Positions 28,633-37,237 of a stretch of 64,000 nt of DNA are shown in pieces. The stretch comes from Oligoflexales bacterium (GTDB lineage: Bacteria > Bdellovibrionota_B > Oligoflexia > Oligoflexales > Bog-1112). The notes beneath the pieces were generated by a model. It saw only the letters and a list, made by a program, of their open reading frames with translations, was not told the DNA's origin and did not search any database. The translations under genes were made by a program, and so were the position numbers. Positions within the stretch are counted from its first letter, which is position 1. Every line of letters begins with the position of its first letter. The stretch spans positions 413-64,412 of the forward strand of contig JBGCDR010000035.1 of NCBI GenBank assembly GCA_045105515.1. The letters are read 5' to 3'.

Positions 28633-29727
28633 CTAAAAAATATCCACATCCTGGGGCAAATCCTGTACTTTCGGAACCTCTTCAAGGGAAAGATTAAAAT
28701 ACATGAATCCTTTTGTCCTGCGGTAAACCTTTAAACGAATCCTCTCGGATGGGCGCTTTTGCGTCAGAAGCCTTTGCATAATATTTAAATCATATACTTT
28801 CTTATTATCCACAGACATGATTAGATCGCCAATACGAAGACCGCTTTTGTGAGCTGGAGCATCGATTATTAGATTTGAGACAATCACGCCATAAACTCCT
28901 GACTGATTGACGCTATGTTCGATATCTTCCTGGGATAAAATATTTTTGCCCACGATTCCAAGCCACGGACGTTTGACTTTTCCATATAAGCGTAGGTCTT
29001 TGACTACAGACCTAACCAGATTAATGGGAATGGCAAATCCAATCCCAGCACCTAGGGCGCTCACAGCAGTGTTAATACCAATAACTCGCCCTCTAACATC
29101 CAATAGAGGACCACCTGAATTGCCAGGGTGAATTGTGGCATCTGTTTGAAGAAAATTATCGTAGGGACCAGTCCCTATAACCCGTCCTTTTGCGGAGATG
29201 ATACCACTTGTAACAGTATGAGAATATCCAAAGGGATTTCCTATTGCGAGAACAACATCTCCAATTTTTAGCGAGTTACTATCTCCCCAAGTGAGAGGAG
29301 TTATGGCATGTTTCACCTTAACCTTGAGAAGAGCAAGATCAGTTTTACGGTCACTGCCTACAACCTCGGCTTGGGTTATCAGTTTATTATGGGCGAATAA
29401 AACCTCGATTTTATTCGCATCTTTAATAACATGATAATTGGTCACAATATGGCCTTGGCGATTAATTATGACTCCCGAGCCTAAGGAAGTTGTGCTCCCT
29501 CCCTGGGGAACTCTACCATTCAAAAAAAATTGATAAAGATCTAGGGCTGGCTCTTTCCTGACATAAGTTTTAGTACGAATATTCACAACACCAGGTATGG
29601 AGCGCTCTGCAATTTGGGAAAAAGATTGCAGAACTTTAGCTTCCAATTGACAAATATGGTCTAATAGGAAGTGACAAAGGATCAGCAAAATTAAAATTTT
29701 TTTCAAAGGCGCATGCATTAGCTGCAC
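28633..29727 (-). CDS. HtrA/DegP-family periplasmic serine endoprotease with one PDZ domain
   Basis: Signal peptide. Catalytic triad contexts TNYHVI, DLALLKV and GNSGGPLL. C-terminal PDZ (GLRIGDLIMSVDNKKV). Confidence 0.9.
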   Translation of the reverse strand: MQLMHAPLKKILILLILCHFLLDHICQLEAKVLQSFSQIAERSIPGVVNIRTKTYVRKEPALDLYQFFLNGRVPQGGSTTSLGSGVIINRQGHIVTNYHVIKDANKIEVLFAHNKLITQAEVVGSDRKTDLALLKVKVKHAITPLTWGDSNSLKIGDVVLAIGNPFGYSHTVTSGIISAKGRVIGTGPYDNFLQTDATIHPGNSGGPLLDVRGRVIGINTAVSALGAGIGFAIPINLVRSVVKDLRLYGKVKRPWLGIVGKNILSQEDIEHSVNQSGVYGVIVSNLIIDAPAHKSGLRIGDLIMSVDNKKVYDLNIMQRLLTQKRPSERIRLKVYRRTKGFMYFNLSLEEVPKVQDLPQDVDIF

Positions 29728-29938
29728 TTTTTTTTACTTTATTTTAAGACAGTTGTATAGCTTCGAGAGAAATACGGTAACCTATAAAAAATTCTAGCTC
29801 ATTTGTCTTCATGGCAACAGGGTACATACTGCCCATCATGGAAAACGGCAACAGGGGAAGCATATTTGGCGTTAAGTTAATGATTGTAATTGTTATGGCT
29901 TGATGCTTAATTAATGCCTCAAAAGGAGACTGTAATTT

Positions 29939-32900
29939 ATGTCAAGAATTGTTAGATTCCTTAGGCTTTCTTTTATCAGCGCAGCCTTTCTGGCAGTGTT
30001 GGGGATTTCTGGTGCATTTGGAATGCTTGGTGTGGTTGTTTGGCAGGTGATATACGGCGACCACACAGAACTGCAGAAAAGCACCATCCTTGCAAAAATA
30101 AAAGAAGAAACAACCCTATATTATCTTGATGAAAACACAAGAATCGGCAGTATTTTCGAGTCTCGCCATAGACGCTATGTTCCTGTCGAAGAAATGCCTG
30201 CTCATATGATCAACGCAATCGTTGCAGCAGAAGACAAGAATTTTTACGAGCACTTTGGTATAGACCCTCTCGCCATAGGCAAAGCAGCAGCCGAAGGAAT
30301 TTTAAGCGGAGGTCGATTTAGACGCGGAGGCTCAACCATAACCCAACAGACAGTTAAGAACATTATTGATGATTGGGAAGCGTCATTTTCTCGAAAATTC
30401 CGTGAAATGATTAAGGCTCTCCAGCTTGAACGCTTATATGAAAAACGCCAGATTCTTGAGTTTTACCTAAATCAGTTTCATGTGGCAGGAAATGGCAATG
30501 GAGTCGGAATAGCAGCACGCTATTATTTCAATAAAGATGTAATGGATTTAAACTTAGTCGAGGCTGCTTTTATCGCAGGTTCAGTGAAAGGCCCTGGCAA
30601 GTACAACCCATTTATTAAATACACAAAAAAGACACGGCAAAAAGCAAAAGAGTATGCCCATGAACGGAAAAACTATGTCTTAGGAAGAATGTTTGAACAA
30701 AACTGGATTTCTTCGGAAGAATACGAAGAAGCGATAAGTGCTGATATCCCTTTTAATAAGGGAGAATTTAGAACTGCAGAAGTTGCCTTAGTAGAGTTGG
30801 TACGCACTCAACTCGAAAAGCCAGAAGTTCTCGAGGCACTAGGTATCAAAAACCCAGATGAACTTAATATTGCAGGTATGAAAGTCTATACCACCATAGA
30901 CTCAGAAATGCAGAAAAGTGCACAGTTAGCAATGAGGAAAAACTTATCTAGACTCGAAACTATTTTGTCTGGATTCAAACCTGAGCCACCTGAACGCTAC
31001 AAACCTAAACGAGATTTAAAAGTTAATCGCTTTGAGTATGGGAAAGTGATTGCGGTCGAAGGTAGCAATATCAACGACTTTAAAATAAAGGTTTCTTTTG
31101 GATTGCCTGTAGGCACGATACCTAATGAATCACTAGTACGCTATGCCAAACTACTAGACCTTGCAGTAGGCAAGGGCCACAACTTTTATTTAAAGGAAAT
31201 TATCAAACAGATTCGACCCGGGGACATCCTCTTCGTTCAAGTCATGGATTATAACAAAGAAAACAATGAAGCTGTCCTAGAACTGCAAAAAAGGCCGAAA
31301 ATCAGCGGCGGAATGATTGCTCTTGATAAGGGGGAGGTAAGAGCAGTCGTTTCTGGTTTCGACACTCTGGGTTTTAATCGTGCCATGTACGCAAAAAGAC
31401 AGCCAGGGTCCCTTTTCAAAGCCCCGATCTATTTTGCTGCGCTGCAGTTAGGTTGGTCAATGCTAGATAGGATCGAAAATGTTCGCCAGATTTTTCCATA
31501 TCAAGGACAATTCTATTACCCTCGACCTGACCACAAAAGCCCCTATCAAAGCACCTCAATGATGTGGGCAGGTATTATGTCAGAAAATCTCGCTTCCGTT
31601 GCTCTAGGCTCAAGGCTTTTGGAAAAAATAAATTTCGAACAGTTCAAACAGTTGTTGGATAGCTTAGGCCTTATGCCCCAACAAGGAGAAAGCTCAAGAG
31701 ATTATCACTACCGGGTATCGCGGGAAACTGGTGTATCACTTGACAATGAAGGTATTAAAGCATTTCAGCTCTCAAACGCCATTGATGACATTGCACCGGA
31801 CCTTATCTTTGCAGGCAAGCAATCTCTACTAAGCCGCTTGAAACTCATGTGGTACGGTACTGGATATTTGGCAGAGTCGGTAGTACTAAGAAACTCTGAC
31901 CCGAAAGAGATCCCAGAGCACGAAATAAAGACACGATTACGGTTGCTTACCAATAATTTTCAACGAATGAAGATTCTTCGTGCGATGTTAAGGCAAGACT
32001 GGGAAAACATACAAATGTCCATCCAAAACCATGGCCTCGAAAAATCTTTTAACGAACCAAGGATTAGAACTTTAATCGATCGTTTCAGAGTACAGTCAAG
32101 CCCAAGTATGAAACCTGAATTGGGTTACCTCCCTCTCCTGGAGGAGGAGAATGAAATTGATATCGTAAATGAAATTCCAATCCAAGTGATAGGAGGCCGC
32201 CCTCTAAATATCCTTGATGTACAGGCAATTTGGGGCGGAGAAAGCACCTACGGCTCATTGAATTCAGCTGGAATAAACCGAGATGATGTTAAACTTGCTG
32301 GCTATTTAGACGCGCAAATTTTTAGCGCACTTGAAGAGGCTGTCGAACAAAGAACCCGATCAGCCATGTCAAGTCAAGACCCCTACCTCTTGGGTCGCTA
32401 TTTCCAACATCACGATTTTAGAATCGGATTAGGCCTCCATTATGTGGTAAAACTAAGCGAAGCAGCAGGCGTTTATTCAAAACTCGAACCTGTTTTATCT
32501 TTTCCTCTCGGATCCAATGACATCTCTGCGAGCGAAGTAGCTAAGCTCTACCAAACCTTTATCTCTGGAAAAACCTACCGTTTTTATAAGGAAGGACCAG
32601 ACAATCAAATTAATTTCATAAGGCGTATTGAAGACCGTTCCGGCCAGGTCTTATACCAACCTGTAGCCGAGGAGCACCAGTTAGTTGAACCGGTATTCGC
32701 CCTCCAAATGGGCGAAATTCTTAGAAAAACGATCACACATGGAACTGGTCGTCGAGCGCGAGGCGAACTTTATATCACGATGAATAGTGAGGAAGAGGGA
32801 GAGCAAAAACCTAAGAGCAGAAAAGATGAAAAGCGAGTCCGAATTCCAGCGTTTGGTAAAACGGGTACTACAAATGATTATATGACCAGCTACTTTGCCG

Positions 32901-33538
32901 GATTTATACCCTACCCTACAAGGTACGGAGAAGCCCTAGACAGACAAAATAGCTATGTGATATCCGCATATGTTGGATATGACTTTAACAAGGTCATGCG
33001 TAGGGGCAGACAGAGAATTTATGGTGGTTCAGGCGCCCTACCAATGTGGACCGACTTTGCAAAAAATATTCTTGAGACCCAAGACTATAAGAGCAGCCTC
33101 GACCCCCTTGACCTCAAAGTGATTGCCAGTAAAGAATGGCCTCTGTCGTACAATACAAAATTAAGTACCCCTTTACTCATCGATCTGCCACGCGGCCTGA
33201 TTTTGAGAACAAGTAAAAGAGACGATTTTGAAGTTTGGCAAACCACCGATATTGCATCTACCGGGGAGACGTACCAAGACTTATTTGCACTAGGAAGTAG
33301 CGTGAAGTCAGTTGTTTATGTTCCTACTGACAGTCAAGATAATGCATGGCAACCATTACGCTTATTCGGACCTTACCAAGCACACCCAAAGCCCGAGCAA
33401 TCAACAGTTAAAAAAAACAAGCCATCGAATAAAGTTTCAAAAGTAAGCTCTTCCGCAAACCCCAACGAAGGCTCAAAATTACAAGATCCTTCCGACCCAA
33501 CGATAACTGATGAATTGATAATGGAAGAAGATCTTTAA
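29939..33538 (+). CDS. Class A penicillin-binding protein (glycosyltransferase GT51 + transpeptidase), unusually long at 1199 aa
   Basis: GT51 motifs EDKNFYEHFGID, RGGSTITQQ and KREILEFYLN-like. Transpeptidase motifs SLFK (about aa 491), SEN (about aa 548) and KTGTT (about aa 974). Confidence 0.9.
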   Translation: MSRIVRFLRLSFISAAFLAVLGISGAFGMLGVVVWQVIYGDHTELQKSTILAKIKEETTLYYLDENTRIGSIFESRHRRYVPVEEMPAHMINAIVAAEDKNFYEHFGIDPLAIGKAAAEGILSGGRFRRGGSTITQQTVKNIIDDWEASFSRKFREMIKALQLERLYEKRQILEFYLNQFHVAGNGNGVGIAARYYFNKDVMDLNLVEAAFIAGSVKGPGKYNPFIKYTKKTRQKAKEYAHERKNYVLGRMFEQNWISSEEYEEAISADIPFNKGEFRTAEVALVELVRTQLEKPEVLEALGIKNPDELNIAGMKVYTTIDSEMQKSAQLAMRKNLSRLETILSGFKPEPPERYKPKRDLKVNRFEYGKVIAVEGSNINDFKIKVSFGLPVGTIPNESLVRYAKLLDLAVGKGHNFYLKEIIKQIRPGDILFVQVMDYNKENNEAVLELQKRPKISGGMIALDKGEVRAVVSGFDTLGFNRAMYAKRQPGSLFKAPIYFAALQLGWSMLDRIENVRQIFPYQGQFYYPRPDHKSPYQSTSMMWAGIMSENLASVALGSRLLEKINFEQFKQLLDSLGLMPQQGESSRDYHYRVSRETGVSLDNEGIKAFQLSNAIDDIAPDLIFAGKQSLLSRLKLMWYGTGYLAESVVLRNSDPKEIPEHEIKTRLRLLTNNFQRMKILRAMLRQDWENIQMSIQNHGLEKSFNEPRIRTLIDRFRVQSSPSMKPELGYLPLLEEENEIDIVNEIPIQVIGGRPLNILDVQAIWGGESTYGSLNSAGINRDDVKLAGYLDAQIFSALEEAVEQRTRSAMSSQDPYLLGRYFQHHDFRIGLGLHYVVKLSEAAGVYSKLEPVLSFPLGSNDISASEVAKLYQTFISGKTYRFYKEGPDNQINFIRRIEDRSGQVLYQPVAEEHQLVEPVFALQMGEILRKTITHGTGRRARGELYITMNSEEEGEQKPKSRKDEKRVRIPAFGKTGTTNDYMTSYFAGFIPYPTRYGEALDRQNSYVISAYVGYDFNKVMRRGRQRIYGGSGALPMWTDFAKNILETQDYKSSLDPLDLKVIASKEWPLSYNTKLSTPLLIDLPRGLILRTSKRDDFEVWQTTDIASTGETYQDLFALGSSVKSVVYVPTDSQDNAWQPLRLFGPYQAHPKPEQSTVKKNKPSNKVSKVSSSANPNEGSKLQDPSDPTITDELIMEEDL

Positions 33539-33663
33539 TCAAAAATAGCTCAACCATAAACACTTTTTTGAAAAAGTCACCAAACTAATATTTGTGGGTT
33601 TTTCAAAAACTATAAGGCATCTAATGAAAAATTTGGCAAACCAACCAAAAATTTAGAAATACT

Positions 33664-33720
33664 CACTCCTCGAGGATTACTTATCCTCCCCTAAAAGGAG
33701 GCTTTGAAAGATGGGTACAT
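33664..33720. repeat. Dispersed intergenic repeat, copy A
   Basis: ACTCCTCGAGG...CCTCCCCTAAAAGGAGG..TTTGAAAGATGG shares the CTCGAG / CCTCC / (C/T)T(C/T)GAAAGA(A)GTGG blocks with copies at 45776-45836 and 48866-48934. It lies in a convergent intergenic region. Confidence 0.4.
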
Positions 33721-33846
33721 CAACGGGTAAACTAAGGGTTCCTCTTAGCTTGGAGAAAAAGACCTACGAGTAAGCCATGCTTGCCTTCTAAGCTCGTTTG
33801 AATTTTGGAGAGGAGGAGAGGAGCAGAAGTAGATTTCTGCTCTGTA

Positions 33847-34209
33847 TTACTGCTGAAGCTGAGGGCGCTGAGGTAAGCCAACATCAGCGGTACCAAGCCA
33901 AAACTTCCAGCCCTGCCATCCTTTGACCTTATAAATCCCATCGGGGTGAGCAGGAATATTGGCTGGCTTAGGAGTCATATGAGGCATTTCACCTTTGACA
34001 TAAGAACGCCATTCCTTTCGGGTTTTTAAATTTAGAGAAACGGCAAACTTTCTCGCTTCTACAAAAGGAAGGTATCCCTTGGGAGCAACATACTCTGGCG
34101 CTACCTGTTCCTCAGATCCCGGATTAATACTTTCTGCACCTACGCTGTTTACGACAGCAACAGGTGTTCCGCCTTCTACAACATGGCTATTTTGTTGTGT
34201 TTCTTCCAT
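33847..34209 (-). CDS. Small protein (120 aa) carrying one mobile-element-associated 'integrase-repeat'-like module
   Basis: The C-terminal block YLPFVEARKFAVSLNLKTRKEWRSYVKGEMP..KPANIPAHPDGIYKVKGWQGWKFWLGT fits the FxEAR..L....EW..Y......P..IP..P...Y...GW.GW..WLG pattern. I recall that pattern from phage/virus/mobile-element proteins. It is an isolated gene in an AT-rich island. Confidence 0.45.
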   Translation of the reverse strand: MEETQQNSHVVEGGTPVAVVNSVGAESINPGSEEQVAPEYVAPKGYLPFVEARKFAVSLNLKTRKEWRSYVKGEMPHMTPKPANIPAHPDGIYKVKGWQGWKFWLGTADVGLPQRPQLQQ

Positions 34210-34237
34210 AGTCTCTCATTCCTTAGTTCAAATAGTT

Positions 34238-34260
34238 CCGCAGGGATCGCGATCCCGCGG
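34238..34260. promoter_or_regulatory. GC-rich palindrome just upstream of the 120-aa ORF
   Basis: CCGC-a-GGGATCGCGATCCC-GCGG. The 14-bp core (34243-34256) is a perfect palindrome. It lies 29-51 nt upstream of the ATG at 34209 and is a possible operator or 5'-UTR hairpin. Confidence 0.4.
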
Positions 34261-34318
34261 TAAACTGTGTATCAAACATCTCATGGCCCTGCAAGCCATG
34301 AGAGACCTCTCTTTTCTA

Positions 34319-34371
34319 CTATCTTGAAATTTTGTGCCTTTCTCATCTTGAAAGAACAAAGTTCAAGATAG
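34319..34371. promoter_or_regulatory. Cluster of ATCTTGAA / TTCAAGAT half-sites
   Basis: CTATCTTGAA (34319-34328) and TTCAAGATAG (34362-34371) form a 10-bp inverted repeat. A direct copy, ATCTTGAAA, sits at 34345-34353. A further ATCTTG-g-CAAGAT palindrome is at 34794-34806. Confidence 0.35.
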
Positions 34372-35168
34372 TTTTTGAACATTCTTTTCGTAGCTACTCA
34401 AACGATTATGGATAAACCTTCAATCTGCTACAATTGTACTTACCCTTATCCCATTGATTGCATGAGACTTTAATTAACGACACTTTCAATGATAATCAAG
34501 AAAAAACTGCTAGCGAAATTAGGTGTTCAACAACTTGATTAAAAAAACCTTTAATTAAGCACGAACAAGACAACTCATTAGTTGCTGTTAAATTCGCTTT
34601 TCTCACAACCTAAGCACAAGCAATAAAAATTTACTTGATTAGAATAAATATCAATTAAATATCCTACCTTTTTATACACCAAAAACCGTAATAAATACGC
34701 TAAAAAATGTATCTTTTTGACTAATGGTAGAGCTACCAATTAATATCAATCCTATTCGTTATATCTCTACATGTGTTTATATCATAAGTGCCGATCTTGG
34801 CAAGATAAATAAACAAGAAATCGAAAATTGAGAGGATCTCTCTATATGCAAAAGGAATTTTATTTCACAAAATCAAAGTATATTTAAGAATAATTGAATT
34901 CTTATATTTTATACTGGGTAAATTTTTTGATCGAAATACTAGTACTTTTTAGAAATCACATGCTAATTTAAAGAAAATATAAAATTTTTAAAAATATGAT
35001 ATAATTTAAAAAAACAAGTACATATTAAGTGGTGTTTATCATAATTTTTTTTGCCAAATAATCATTATTTCATTTTCTTAAACGCTTTTAAGGTGGTTGA
35101 TCAAAACATCAAAACAATAAGATATACCAATAGGTATTTTACTATCCAGATATTTAAGGACTACAAAT

Positions 35169-36014
35169 ATGCTAAATTTCACTCCCAATTTTTTAATAGT
35201 TCATCTTTTGTTGTCTCTTGTAGTATCTTGCACACATAAAGAATTTTACCAGGCATCAAAAAAGGGCCCTGTAACTGTAATTAGCAAGGGAGAAAAATCC
35301 TGTTTATCCAAGGGATTTAGATGGTATTGGAGCAAATCATCAGGCTGTTCTCTAAAGAAGTTTAAGCAATATTGCATAGAAGAGAAGAAACTTCCCAAGT
35401 CGACTAAATTAACTATCACGGTAATAAAAAATGAAACAGGAAAACAAAATTGTAGCGAAGCGGAAGCCGAATTAAAGGCCCAAACTGGTTTACACCTAGA
35501 TGGACTCGGGATTGTAGACATTTACCCTCTTATGGGTTTAACTCACTTAACAATTTTAAGATTAGATGGCAACAAAATCTACGATTTATATCCATTGTCT
35601 AAACTAGTCAAGCTACGGGTTTTACGTCTAGATCAAAATAATATAACTAAAATACAACATCTTTCAAAATTAAGAGAACTTGTAGTTTTAAGATTGGACA
35701 AAAATAATATTTCAGATTTATCACCACTAGCGAATTTAGTTAATATTGCTCAAATTAATCTAAGTACGAATAAAATTATATCAATAGAACCTCTAGAAAA
35801 ACTAAGCAGGCTCATGAAAGTTGGACTAAAAGGCAATAAAGTTAAAACATTGCTTCCATTGTCAAATTTAGAATTTCTTGAATTTATAAATCTTGAAGAC
35901 AATCCTATCAGCAGAAAAAATTTTCCTTTGAATGATTTAAACTGTCCAATAACTTTTGGGGTCAATTCAGTTGTAAAGAATTTTTGCGAGTCTAGGAGAA
36001 AACAAAAAACCTAA
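35169..36014 (+). CDS. Leucine-rich-repeat (internalin-like, about 22-residue LRR) lipoprotein
   Basis: Lipobox LVVSC with AAGGA 8 nt upstream of the ATG. About seven tandem units of LxxLxxLxLxxNxIxDLxPLxxL (for example LTHLTILRLDGNKIYDLYPLSKL and LVKLRVLRLDQNNITKIQHLSKL). Confidence 0.8.
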   Translation: MLNFTPNFLIVHLLLSLVVSCTHKEFYQASKKGPVTVISKGEKSCLSKGFRWYWSKSSGCSLKKFKQYCIEEKKLPKSTKLTITVIKNETGKQNCSEAEAELKAQTGLHLDGLGIVDIYPLMGLTHLTILRLDGNKIYDLYPLSKLVKLRVLRLDQNNITKIQHLSKLRELVVLRLDKNNISDLSPLANLVNIAQINLSTNKIISIEPLEKLSRLMKVGLKGNKVKTLLPLSNLEFLEFINLEDNPISRKNFPLNDLNCPITFGVNSVVKNFCESRRKQKT

Positions 36015-36028
36015 ATTTGCGATTCAGT

Positions 36029-36076
36029 AGCTCCCTAGGAAGGGAGAGGCGGGCAAAGAGGTGGCAATGTGTGGAG
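36029..36076. repeat. Possible degenerate copy (D) of the dispersed intergenic repeat
   Basis: AGCTCCCTAGGAAGGGAGAGGCGGGCAAAGAGGTGG resembles the CTCCCTTCGAGAAGGAG...GGGGAGAGGAGG part of the copy at 48866-48934. It is weaker than copies A-C. Confidence 0.25.
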
Positions 36077-36229
36077 TTTGTTCAGGTAGCTAGTTGAGGA
36101 AAGACCTTCACACCTAAAACATAAGTCTCTATCCACTCAAGTCAAGGTGCAGCAAGAAAGTATTTTAATTTTAGCAAGCATTATGGATAGAATTCTTTAT
36201 TTGATTCGCCTCTGTAGGCCTTTAGGAAA

Positions 36230-37237
36230 TCAGTTAAAAGACTGTTTTAATTTACGCAGACCCTCTTCAGTCGAAATACTTACTTTATAAGCAAAATCGC
36301 GTTTTGCCCTATCATGGTTGAAATAGTGGGATTTACTAAGTTGTAAGGCTAAAAACCTAGTCATCGGAGGGTCACGATGAAAAGATCCAATCCCATTGTA
36401 AAGTAACTCAAACAGACAGCCTAAAGCGAAAGCAAATGGAAACGGAATTCTTGTTGATCTCAGTGGCTTTTGTCCTCCGGCAACAAGCAGCTGGTCAATA
36501 AATTTCCAAAGTTTTACCGGCTTTTCTTGACCCAGAAAATAAGCTTTTCCACCTAATTTTTTATTTGCCTGCATAGCTTTCAAAGCGTCTGTATGAGCAG
36601 CAGCTGCATTCTCAACATAAATTACGTCCACCATATTCCCTTGGTGACCTACCCGAAAAAGACGTCCTTGCCTTGATTGCTGCAACAGCCTCGGAAGAAA
36701 ATGTGGATCATCAGGGCCCCATATGAGATGAGGTCTCAAAGCCAAAGTTTGCATTTCAGGTGAATTGGCCGCCAACACGGCTTCTTCTGCTAGTTTTTTT
36801 GAGTAGGAGTATGAACAAAAAAACTTTTTAGCGTATGGAATACTCTCGCTCAATCCTTGAATATCACGACCCTCGAAGGCAACACTAGGAGAACTGGTGT
36901 AAATCAATTGCCTAATTTTTAGCTGCCTGGCAGCCTCAATCACGTTGCGAGTCCCTTCGAAATTGGTATCCAAATAATCCTTTTGCCTACCCCAAATTCC
37001 AGCTAAAGCAGCAGTGTGTATGAAGCTGGTGCAACCTGCTCCAGCTTCCATGAGTTGGTTTACGTTCCTTAAGTCTCCTTGGTAAGATTCAATACCAAGC
37101 TCCTCAAGAAAAGAGTACTTTTTCCTCGAAAAACTAATAACCTTATAACCTCGCTCAACGAGATTTTTTGCAATATAGCGACCTAAAAAACCACCACCAC
37201 CTGTTAGTAAAATCTTTGATCCAGTCTCTGCGTTCAC
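36230..37237 (-). CDS. oleD: OleD: NAD(P)H-dependent 2-alkyl-3-oxoalkanoate reductase (3-beta-HSD / extended SDR family)
   Basis: Rossmann motif LLTGGGGFLGRYIA and catalytic YSYSKKLAE (YxxxK). The GTG start overlaps the oleC stop (GTGA, 37234-37237). It is the fourth gene of an A-B-C-D ordered cluster. Confidence 0.8.
   Translation of the reverse strand: MNAETGSKILLTGGGGFLGRYIAKNLVERGYKVISFSRKKYSFLEELGIESYQGDLRNVNQLMEAGAGCTSFIHTAALAGIWGRQKDYLDTNFEGTRNVIEAARQLKIRQLIYTSSPSVAFEGRDIQGLSESIPYAKKFFCSYSYSKKLAEEAVLAANSPEMQTLALRPHLIWGPDDPHFLPRLLQQSRQGRLFRVGHQGNMVDVIYVENAAAAHTDALKAMQANKKLGGKAYFLGQEKPVKLWKFIDQLLVAGGQKPLRSTRIPFPFAFALGCLFELLYNGIGSFHRDPPMTRFLALQLSKSHYFNHDRAKRDFAYKVSISTEEGLRKLKQSFN

Noticed and set aside
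34210-35168. Replication origin (oriC) in the long AT-rich ORF-free region
   Set aside because: Only isolated one- or two-mismatch DnaA-box look-alikes occur (for example TTATCCATA near 34410). There is no cluster, no dnaA/dnaN neighbourhood and no obvious 13-mer AT-rich DUE array.
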